Position numbers and translations under genes: made by a program
Notes under the pieces: generated by a model
What the model was told of the DNA's origin: nothing
What the model saw: the letters and a program-made list of their open reading frames with translations, nothing else
Databases searched by the model: none
In this document: positions 8,473-16,576 of the stretch, in pieces
Layout of the letters: each line of letters begins with the position of its first letter
How positions within the stretch are numbered: position 1 is the stretch's first letter
From: an uncultured Comamonadaceae bacterium
Lineage (GTDB): Bacteria; Bacteroidota; Bacteroidia; Flavobacteriales_D; Sanyastnellaceae
NCBI GenBank assembly: GCA_964553485.1
Contig: CAZKMC010000006.1
Span: 1-26,077, forward strand
Length of the DNA stretch: 26,077 bases
Direction of reading: 5' to 3'

Positions 8473-9741
8473 CTACTTGCCTAATTTTTTCAACACCTCA
8501 TTCAAGTAGTTCCCCATTTTGATGGCCTGGTGTTTTCTTGTGTAGACATTCACCGCTGACTCTATTCTATCACATTCAATAATATGCCCATCTTGAAGGG
8601 CCTCCGCTGCCTTTTTCAACACAACCGCAACTTCCGAAGGAGTGTGTGCCATGAATCCAGTGTGTGTTTCAGCCAACACTTTTTGAATCACATCTTCTTC
8701 TCTGGGACAAACCAACACTGGAGTGCCAGAAGCGATGTAATCAAAGAACTTGGTGTTGTACATGCCCGGAACTTCTGGCGAAGGGGCATAGTACAAGAGG
8801 TGAGCACGTTTCATCCAATTCGTAGCGCCTCTCTTAGGGATGCGTGGGTGAAATTCTACTTGCTCGTCCAATCCCAATCTACTTCGCAGAGAATTCAATC
8901 GCTTTTCCATGGCATCTGTTACTCCTAAGAAAACCGCTCTTACCGGGATGTTCGGATGTTGTCTCACAAAAAGTGCAAGTCCCTCAAAGAATGGTTCAAT
9001 AGGTTTCCACTCGGGAATAGTGCCCGCATGAACGATGGTCAAATCATCAAGTCGTTCGACATCTTCTTCAAAGTCTTCAGGGTCAAATCCATTTAAGATT
9101 TCTTTGCCTTCTGCGGGAAAGTGCGGCGACAAATAATCCACCAACGCTTGTGCTATTGTTGTCCAGCCGGCAGCCTGCTCCATCCACTTGATCCAGAATT
9201 TCAGGATAGTGTTGTTTAGCCACTTGTCTTTGAGAGTAGGTGTATAGTCATCACTGAGCACCTCGTTGTTCCAGACGTCGCGGAAATCTACCACATATGG
9301 AATACCATATTTTTGGTGAATACGATAACACTGCTCCAGATGAAAATGGGGCGAGAATATACCCATGCACAAATCAAAGGTCTCTTTGGAAAGCAGCTCG
9401 TTGATGACTTTGTCCATGTCCTTCTTCTGGCTTTCCACGTGGTAATCAAAGATTCCCTGCGTATAAGACACCGCGGTTGCGGCGGCGGAAAGTAGAGGCA
9501 CTTTCCACAATGTAGGGAGCTGGGTGCTTTGGTCGGGATTTGTCATTGGAACTCTTATCACCCTTGAGGATTTTGGCAGTGGGGGGAGTTCTAAGCCAGT
9601 ATGTTTGGAAGGCCAGTCAAAAGTGAGTACGGTGACCTCAAAGCCTGTTTGTTCCAGAAAGCGCGCGTAAGCGTAGGGACGGTAAGAAGCGGTTACGTCG
9701 AACGGAGGAAAATGATAAGTGAGGATCAATAATTTTTTCAC
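8473..9741 (-). CDS. GT-B fold glycosyltransferase, GT4-like
   Basis: Likely start GTG 9741 (VKKLLILTYHFPP, a typical GT4 N-terminus). VVDFRDVW, ILNGFDPEDF, TKFFDYIASGTPVL. The ORF-track start at 9834 adds a non-family 31-aa extension. Confidence 0.85.
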   Translation of the reverse strand: MKKLLILTYHFPPFDVTASYRPYAYARFLEQTGFEVTVLTFDWPSKHTGLELPPLPKSSRVIRVPMTNPDQSTQLPTLWKVPLLSAAATAVSYTQGIFDYHVESQKKDMDKVINELLSKETFDLCMGIFSPHFHLEQCYRIHQKYGIPYVVDFRDVWNNEVLSDDYTPTLKDKWLNNTILKFWIKWMEQAAGWTTIAQALVDYLSPHFPAEGKEILNGFDPEDFEEDVERLDDLTIVHAGTIPEWKPIEPFFEGLALFVRQHPNIPVRAVFLGVTDAMEKRLNSLRSRLGLDEQVEFHPRIPKRGATNWMKRAHLLYYAPSPEVPGMYNTKFFDYIASGTPVLVCPREEDVIQKVLAETHTGFMAHTPSEVAVVLKKAAEALQDGHIIECDRIESAVNVYTRKHQAIKMGNYLNEVLKKLGK

Positions 9742-9745
9742 CGAG

Positions 9746-9753
9746 GAAAGATA
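9746..9753 (-). promoter_or_regulatory. Possible -7 element variant upstream of the glycosyltransferase
   Basis: TATCTTTC on the minus strand (one mismatch to TAnnTTTG), 4 nt before GTG 9741. Confidence 0.4.
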
Positions 9754-9835
9754 GTTATTCCAATGTGACACCCCAGATGTCAAAGTGGTGATTTGTGTTG
9801 CACCATGGGCCATGCTTTGACTAAATTGCGCCAAG

Positions 9836-10489
9836 ATGCCAGAACAACCAGCAGCCTATTACGACAAGTTCTTCAAGGATGATGCTTCTTATCATGCCCA
9901 TTACCGCAATTCGCATTATTACGTGCATTGGGTAAAAGTGGAATTCTTGCTGCGCAATGTGAAAGGACCGATCCTTGAAATTGGGTGTGGTCCGGGACAA
10001 CTTGCTCACATGCTAGAAGATCTGGGGTATACGGATTACCTAGGGTTTGACTTTAGTGAGGAAGCCGTGGCAATGGCCCGGCAGAATTCCAAGCAATCTT
10101 TTACTGTTGGGGATGCCCGCGACATTGACAATTTTCAACGCGAGTATGCTACGGTAATTTGTCTGGAGGTCTTGGAGCATGTGGAAGAAGACCTCCGCAT
10201 TCTAAAAAATGTCAAGCCAGGAACATTCTGCATTCTGAGTGTTCCCAATTTTCCTGCACCAAGCCATGTGCGCTATTTCCGCTCAGAACGTGAAGTCCGA
10301 GCCAGGTATTACAAGTTGGTGGACATCAATAAAATCTATCTCATTGATAACATCTACATCCTAGCCGGATACCGAGATGATTTCAAACCCAATCTCTTTC
10401 AGCGAATTCTAAAGACCAGAGAAAATGTGGGTTGGAGCAGCGTGTGGAATCGATTGACCTTCCGGTTTAGAATTTGGAGGAGGAAATAA
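9836..10489 (+). CDS. Class I SAM-dependent methyltransferase
   Basis: 217 aa. Motif I ILEIGCGPG, motif II GFDFS, VICLEVLEHV. It lies among glycan genes. Confidence 0.9.
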   Translation: MPEQPAAYYDKFFKDDASYHAHYRNSHYYVHWVKVEFLLRNVKGPILEIGCGPGQLAHMLEDLGYTDYLGFDFSEEAVAMARQNSKQSFTVGDARDIDNFQREYATVICLEVLEHVEEDLRILKNVKPGTFCILSVPNFPAPSHVRYFRSEREVRARYYKLVDINKIYLIDNIYILAGYRDDFKPNLFQRILKTRENVGWSSVWNRLTFRFRIWRRK

Positions 10490-10500
10490 TCTTACATGAT

Positions 10501-10640
10501 GCTGGCGCAAGTTTGTAACTCGTGCCGAAAACATTTTATTTTACTCCAAACCTCCCCGCTGGCGCAAGTTTGTAACTCGTATCGAAAACATTTTATTTTA
10601 CTCCAAACCTCCCCGCTGGCGCGAGTTTGTAACTCGTGCC
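10501..10640. repeat. REP-like palindrome cluster 3: three copies (10501-10526, 10558-10583, 10615-10640), period 57 bp, between convergent genes
   Basis: gctggcgcaagtttgtaactcgtgcc / ...cgtatc / gctggcgcgagtttgtaactcgtgcc with two near-identical 31-bp linkers. Confidence 0.92.
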
Positions 10641-10648
10641 GAAACATT

Positions 10649-12067
10649 CTACATCACCCCAAACCTTATTAAAGCCACCACCGCACACCCAATAGTAAAA
10701 ACCCCAAGCGTGAAGGATACTACCTTCCAAACAGGAAACTTGATTAGTCTGAAACACCATATCAAAAGGATAAAGTAACACACCGCATTGGCCAGGGTAA
10801 AGGACCACAGTATATCCATAAAGCTCCCCAGCAACAAACCGGGAATGATCAGACTCAACACACGAGATATAAAAAGCAGAATCTGAAAGTAAAGGAGTTG
10901 CCTTTCCTTCCGCACCACATTGAATAAATTAGACACAGGCACGCTTAGGTAACGGAAGAAATAGGAGAACACAAGCACAGACATCGCTGCTCCGGCAATG
11001 GTCCATTGATCGCCAAAGACCAGGGTGTACACCCACTCACCGGTCAGATTCAGGATGACCATCAACAACATGGAGCCCCATCCAAGAACTTTGTACAACT
11101 TCCAGGTTTGCACGCGAAGCCGCTCAGGTTCAGTATCCCACAGTTCCGCACTCTTTTGAAAATACACGGGACCAATTCCTGAACCTATGAGTCGGATAGG
11201 CAAGTCAAGCACCACCAAGGCATAGACGTAGTAACCAGATTCATCTGGTCGAAATAAGAAGATGGGGAAAAGCAGAAAGGGCAAAAAGTTAGAGCCGTTG
11301 TTCAGGAGGTTGCTCCACAGCATGTAACGTGGATATGCGCTGTACTCTTTCTTGGCTGCTAGAATTGCATCTTTGCTTACGTGGGCGGTCAGGTGCTGGT
11401 AGCCGTTCTTGATCACTTTCCAGGGAAACAAAACGATGCGTGCCACATAGCTCAAAGACATGGTCACAATAAGCCCCTCAGCTGTGGCATTGATGAGCCA
11501 GCCATAACCCACATTAAATAATTTACTTCCCAAAGTAATGGGGGCAGTGTAGAAAGTGTTTAGGCGGAAAGCCTTTGCCTGCACGGTCCATGTGGCCACT
11601 ATTTGGTCAATGGCCAACAGGAAAGCCACAGGTCCCACAGCATACACCCAATTCCCGAGTTTCTCCACATTGAACTGCTCAACCAACCAGCCGCCAAACA
11701 TGAAGGAGATGCCTGTAAATATCAAGCAAGAAATGCAGGTTACACGGATACACAAACGCAGCAATGCCCGGAATGAGGTTTCGTCTCGAGGCAACACCAA
11801 TGCCCGCTGGTAGGCAAGTGTGGCAACAGTACCGAGGAGCACCACAATGGTATTGAAGACTGAAAATGTTCCGTAAGCTTCCGGAGAATAAATTCTTCCT
11901 AGAATGGGGAAAAAGATGAACTGGATCAAAATGGACCAGATGCCTGCGGAAGACATGAACAGAGAATTCTGTAGAAAAGAATTCCGTGTTTTGAATCCGG
12001 AAATCCAGCTGTCTATGTGTTGGCGAAGTCTGATCAAAGGTTGGAACCGTTGAACCAAAGATACCAT
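10649..12067 (-). CDS. wzx: Wzx-like polysaccharide flippase (lipopolysaccharide biosynthesis protein family)
   Basis: Multi-TM protein. ILGRIYSPEAYGTFSVF, YPRYMLWSNLLN, LDLPIRLIGSGIGPVYFQK, VFGDQWTIAG match Wzx-type motifs. Start uncertain: ATG 12067 chosen because 12130 would overlap the divergent gene's start. Confidence 0.8.
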   Translation of the reverse strand: MVSLVQRFQPLIRLRQHIDSWISGFKTRNSFLQNSLFMSSAGIWSILIQFIFFPILGRIYSPEAYGTFSVFNTIVVLLGTVATLAYQRALVLPRDETSFRALLRLCIRVTCISCLIFTGISFMFGGWLVEQFNVEKLGNWVYAVGPVAFLLAIDQIVATWTVQAKAFRLNTFYTAPITLGSKLFNVGYGWLINATAEGLIVTMSLSYVARIVLFPWKVIKNGYQHLTAHVSKDAILAAKKEYSAYPRYMLWSNLLNNGSNFLPFLLFPIFLFRPDESGYYVYALVVLDLPIRLIGSGIGPVYFQKSAELWDTEPERLRVQTWKLYKVLGWGSMLLMVILNLTGEWVYTLVFGDQWTIAGAAMSVLVFSYFFRYLSVPVSNLFNVVRKERQLLYFQILLFISRVLSLIIPGLLLGSFMDILWSFTLANAVCYFILLIWCFRLIKFPVWKVVSFTLGVFTIGCAVVALIRFGVM

Positions 12068-12106
12068 TTCAACAAATGCCAGCAAGCAAGCGTCAAAGTG
12101 CTTTCG

Positions 12107-15100
12107 ATGACTTATTTTAGTGCCGTGCAAGTAATTCGTTTCGTCGCTTTTTTCGCCGTTTTTCTAACTACTCAGGTGGCCGGTGCTCAGTGGGATCCAT
12201 CCGAGGTAGGGGGCCTACTTTTGTGGGTCAAGGCAGATTCGAATGTAGTGGTGGATGGCAGCAACAAAGTACTTGAGTGGCAAGACATGAGCGGTCAGGA
12301 TAATCACCTTTCCGAAGTAGCTCCTAACTATCAACCTCTCCTGGTAGAAGATGTCTTGAACGGAAGATCTGCCGTCCGTTTTGACGGAAGCAACGACAAT
12401 CTAGAATTTACAGAGCTGACTACTATTAGATCTGTTTTCTGGGTATTGAAGGAATCCGATGAAGCAACTTTCAATAACCGGAGCCTGCTTGGTGATAACG
12501 ACAGCTACCATTTCCTTCGGGGACAAAATGGCGAAGTTTGGAATGCTCAATTCACTCATGTTGGTATTCAGCAAGGCACCACGCGCATCGGGTTTGAAGA
12601 GGTAGATGGAGTCAATACTCCTTTCCCGAGTGGCTTTCAGGTAGTTTCACTTCGGACCACAGAAAACGTGACTGCTTCTCGCTTCAATCGCGATCGTTTC
12701 TACATCGATCGGGCATGGAATGGAGATATTTTGGAACTGCTCATTTTCGATGTGGAATTAGACAGCCTACAAACCTTGCAAGTAGAAAACTACTTAGCCG
12801 ATTACTACACCCAACCATTGTCGTTGGGCCCGGATATTCAGATTGAAGATAATTTTTGTGATACCACCTTGAGTGCAGATCCGTCTTTTTCGGTAATTCA
12901 GTGGAGTACCGGTGCTACTAGTCAGGAAATTGCTGTCAACACTTCCGGAACGTATTGGGTGGAAGCGACTGACGCTCTTGGGCGATTTCAATCGGATACG
13001 GTGGAGGTTCAATTTCCAGGGACTCTTAGTTTTCCCGAGCAAGTAATTATTTGCGAAGGCAACAACTATATTTTCTCAACTGGATTGGATGAGGTCGATT
13101 ACAGTTTTATGTGGAGCACGGGGGAGACTTCCCCAGAAGTTACCGTGGACGCTGGGCAGATTGTTTCAGTGAGTATTGAGGATGCATTTGGCTGCATCGC
13201 CGCGCCGTCGCCCACCCAAGTGGTAGTAGACTTCTTTGCTTCAGATGCCAGTTTGCAACCGGGTGCGGAACTTTGCGCAGGAAATACACTTTTCCTCGAC
13301 CCGTTAGGGTCTAACGTTGAAATTTACACATGGATGGATGGAAGCAATGAGCCAACTTTTAACGTGATAGAAAGCGGGGAAGTGGGGCTGATGGCGACCA
13401 ATGAAAATGGATGCACGTACACGGAAGTTTTGGACGTAACGGTCATTGGAACCGCGCCGGAAATTTCATGGGGACCTACTGATGTGTGGTGTGCCGGAAG
13501 TCCTTTGATACTAGAGGCTGAGGTGTTGAATGGAGAAAATGTAGCAGAATGGAATTGGGTGATCGATGGCTCAAATTACACTGGAAATCCACTGGAATTG
13601 GCGGCTCTGGAGGCGGGAGAGATCTCTTTTGAACTTGTGGCAGTGACAAACGCGGGCTGTGCTTCTGCTTATGCTGACACGCTTTCAGTGTATGCGGTAC
13701 CAGAAGTATTTTTGAACTACGATCTACTTTGTGCCGGAACGCCTGTGGAACTGTGGGTGGATGCGGTTGTTTCAGATGGAGCGATCGAGGAAATATTCTG
13801 GACTGTTGGAGAGGAGATTGCTTATGGCGATACCGCTACTTTTTTGATTGGAGATGTTGGTTTTCAGGAAGTTACGATTGAAGTGAACAGTTGGGCAGGA
13901 TGTATTACTACTACTCAGGTTTTTGTGGACGTACAGCCATCTCCCTCAGTAAGTTACACGGTACTCGGGCAATGCCTTGGGCAGTTGTCTATTTTCGATG
14001 CGGAGATCGAATCCAATGAGGCGGGCAATACTTCGAGTTATGTATGGAGTTTTGGCGATAACACTTCGAGTTCCCTGCCATCGCCATCGCATTTGTATGC
14101 CAGTTCTGGGTCTTTTGACGTGAGCCTTTTGATCCACGCCGCCAATGGATGTGCGGGCAGTTTTACAGCGCCCGTGGAGATCGTTCCATTGCCTCAAGCC
14201 GATTTCGCCCTCAGCAATGCCTGTCTGGGACAGCCTTTCCAGCTCATTGATCAATCCACTTCTGAGATCGATCCAATCATTGACTGGCAGTGGGAGGTAG
14301 AAGGTATTGGTGAGTTTAATGAGCAGCAGCCGATGGTCATCTTCGAAAATGAAGGATTTCATCAGGTCCTCCTCTCCGTGGAAACTGCATTGGGATGTAC
14401 GGATTCGGAAACGGGGCAAATTCCTGTCTTTGAGGTTCCTAACCCGCAATTTGAAGTAGATCCGCCCATTGGTAGCGCACCCTTGGAGGTGCAGTTGATC
14501 AATTTGACGGAGGGAGAAGCTTCTTTCTTTTGGGATTTTGGGAATGGCCTAACGGCCGAGGAAAATGCTCCGGCCACCACTTTTGATGTAGACGGACTGT
14601 ACACTATTGAGCTGACCGCATCCAATCAATACGGCTGCGCGGCAAATGTTTCTCTACTCTATCTGGTGGATGAGCCGGTGATGGACCTGGAATTGGTGGC
14701 GGTAGAAACTACAGAAACTTTGAACGGATTGCTGGTGCGCGCTTCCATGGTCAATCAAGGGAACTTTGCGGTGAGTGACGTAGCGATGCGGCTCACTTTG
14801 CCCGGAGATGCCACTCTAACGGAGATTCGCCCAGAATCTTGGGAGCCGGCACAAGTGATTCTGTACGAATGGCAGGTATTGTTGGATCCGAGCGTGGATG
14901 ACCGTTATATCTGCGCAAGTGCAGAGGCGTATTCTGGTCTGGCCGTGGAAGCCACCCCGCTGAACAACACCAAATGCGCTCCACTCGGGAATATGGAACT
15001 TCAGATTGAGGATGTTTTTCCGAACCCCGCTACTGACCAGATCTACATCCGGATGATCAGTCCCCGCACAGATGGAATCCAGGTCGATCTCACCAATGCA

Positions 15101-15250
15101 AGGGGACAACTTGTCTTAGATCGATTATTCTACTTGTCCACAGGATTCAATCAACTGGAACTGGACATCAGTTCCCTGAGCTCAGGCACATACACGCTCC
15201 GTGTGTACAATGAATATGAGGAGATCGTAAGGCAAGTGGTTGTTTTGTGA
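12107..15250 (+). CDS. Large T9SS-secreted adhesin-like protein: LamG/ConA-like N-terminal domain, Ig-like/PKD repeats, C-terminal sorting domain
   Basis: Signal peptide ending VAGAQ (start ATG 12107 or GTG 12125 rather than 12017). LLLWVKADS...LEWQDMSG...LNGRSAVRFDG (LamG-like); WST GATSQEI-type repeats; PKD motifs YVWSFGD and FFWDFGNG; CTD VFPNPATD...LSSGTYTLRV. Confidence 0.85.
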   Translation: MTYFSAVQVIRFVAFFAVFLTTQVAGAQWDPSEVGGLLLWVKADSNVVVDGSNKVLEWQDMSGQDNHLSEVAPNYQPLLVEDVLNGRSAVRFDGSNDNLEFTELTTIRSVFWVLKESDEATFNNRSLLGDNDSYHFLRGQNGEVWNAQFTHVGIQQGTTRIGFEEVDGVNTPFPSGFQVVSLRTTENVTASRFNRDRFYIDRAWNGDILELLIFDVELDSLQTLQVENYLADYYTQPLSLGPDIQIEDNFCDTTLSADPSFSVIQWSTGATSQEIAVNTSGTYWVEATDALGRFQSDTVEVQFPGTLSFPEQVIICEGNNYIFSTGLDEVDYSFMWSTGETSPEVTVDAGQIVSVSIEDAFGCIAAPSPTQVVVDFFASDASLQPGAELCAGNTLFLDPLGSNVEIYTWMDGSNEPTFNVIESGEVGLMATNENGCTYTEVLDVTVIGTAPEISWGPTDVWCAGSPLILEAEVLNGENVAEWNWVIDGSNYTGNPLELAALEAGEISFELVAVTNAGCASAYADTLSVYAVPEVFLNYDLLCAGTPVELWVDAVVSDGAIEEIFWTVGEEIAYGDTATFLIGDVGFQEVTIEVNSWAGCITTTQVFVDVQPSPSVSYTVLGQCLGQLSIFDAEIESNEAGNTSSYVWSFGDNTSSSLPSPSHLYASSGSFDVSLLIHAANGCAGSFTAPVEIVPLPQADFALSNACLGQPFQLIDQSTSEIDPIIDWQWEVEGIGEFNEQQPMVIFENEGFHQVLLSVETALGCTDSETGQIPVFEVPNPQFEVDPPIGSAPLEVQLINLTEGEASFFWDFGNGLTAEENAPATTFDVDGLYTIELTASNQYGCAANVSLLYLVDEPVMDLELVAVETTETLNGLLVRASMVNQGNFAVSDVAMRLTLPGDATLTEIRPESWEPAQVILYEWQVLLDPSVDDRYICASAEAYSGLAVEATPLNNTKCAPLGNMELQIEDVFPNPATDQIYIRMISPRTDGIQVDLTNARGQLVLDRLFYLSTGFNQLELDISSLSSGTYTLRVYNEYEEIVRQVVVL

Positions 15251-15380
15251 GGCGGGAGTTTGAGTCTTGAGTTTGGAGTGTGACTTAACTATAAATGGTT
15301 ACTTTAATTCTTGAAATTTCTCTGACTATTAACTTATATTGAAATTCAAGATTATAGTGTTGAAATAATATTGGATATTT

Positions 15381-16388
15381 GGTTAAGCGCGGATATTCCC
15401 CTTAGACCGTAAATAGGGTATGTAGTCGGGAAATTACTTTGCTGTAACAATATACGGCAAGAGATGAAAAAGTCAGAAAAGAAGTATGAAGAGGTCCATA
15501 GTTTCCTGAAAGATTTCGGAACCAAGGAACAGTGTTACAGCTATCTTAGTGATCTTAAATGGTCGAAAGGTTACACCTGCAAGAAGTGCGGCCACAAGGT
15601 CAGTGTCAAAGGGCGAAAGTGGTATTACCGTAAATGTCAGGTCTGCAAGTACGATGAGTCATGCACAGCGCATACTTTGTTCCATAACACCAAGTTCCCT
15701 ATTACTAAAGCATTCATGATGATACATCAACTCACGACATTGAAAAAAGGCATATCTACACATGAGTTAGCGCGACAACACGCCGTACATCAGAATACGG
15801 CTTAGTTCTTTAAGCGCAAGATACAAGAGGTGATGACAGTCAAAGGTCGCTTGATCCTAGATGGAAGTGTAGAGGTTGATGAAACAGTAGTCGGAGGTGC
15901 AGAGGCAGGAGCGCCTGGACGAAGTAACGGAAAGAAAAAAAAGTAATGGTGGCTCTGCAGATAGACTATCCGGAGGGTGATGAGAAGCCTGTCATGAAAT
16001 TCGCTTCGGCAGAGGTCATAAAAGATTACTCAGCTGAAACGTTAGCTAAAGCGATTGATAATACAGTAGACAAAGAAGCTTTGGTGACTACAGATGGCTG
16101 GTCATCATACCGAAAAGCTGTTGGCAGAAGAGACCACTTGGTCTTCGAATCCTCGATTCTCAGTAACTTCAAGGACTTGCATTGGTACATCTTCAACCTC
16201 AAGAACTGGATCAAAGGAATACATCATCATCTATCCAAAGAACACCTAGCTAGATACCTGAATGAGTTCAACTACAGATTCAACAACCGAAACTACCTTG
16301 TGATGGATTTATCAGAATTGTAAAACACATGATGAAAATGCCCACTTTGTCACGTCAAATGGCTGTGGGGGAATAAACGCGCTTAACC
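15381..16388 (+). mobile_element. IS1595-family insertion sequence (about 1008 bp), degenerate
   Basis: 21-bp terminal inverted repeats, 19/21 identical (ggttaagcgcggatattcccc at 15381-15401; reverse complement of 16368-16388 is ggttaagcgcgtttattcccc), enclosing an ISXO2-type transposase. No flanking direct repeat found. Confidence 0.9.
15464..16376 (+). pseudogene. IS1595-family (ISXO2-like DDE) transposase pseudogene
   Basis: Zn ribbon CKKC...CQVC, then EVDETVVGG, VTTDGWSSY, YLNEFNYRFN. Interrupted by in-frame TAG 15803-15805, a frameshift at the A8 tract 15935-15942, and a probable frameshift near 16298 (the -1 frame continues to TAA 16374-16376 inside the right TIR). Confidence 0.88.
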
Positions 16389-16576
16389 GATAAAAGCTTT
16401 ATATTATTTACAATAATACTAAACCAAATATTATTGGTTTAGTATTTCTGGACTTGAGGAAAAGAACATATCTGAATTTGAAAGTTCAAGAGACTCGTAA
16501 TTTCAAGTTTGGAAAATATGATTTGGAAATGAAAATCCTCAGAATCGGAGATAGGTTTATCTAATTATGAGACCTT

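Noticed and set aside
12017-12130. Overlapping divergent N-termini of wzx and the adhesin as given in the ORF track
   Set aside because: Later starts (12067 on minus, 12107 or 12125 on plus) fit the family N-terminus and signal peptide and remove the overlap.
15251-15284. ggcgggagtttg resembling the left arm of the REP, followed by gagt-rich micro-repeats
   Set aside because: No right arm or hairpin; best treated as low-complexity sequence or an unrecognisable remnant.
15803-15805. Pyrrolysine or stop-codon readthrough at the transposase TAG
   Set aside because: It sits where a Trp is expected (TAWF-type motif; TGG to TAG) in an element with further lesions, and no recoding machinery is visible.
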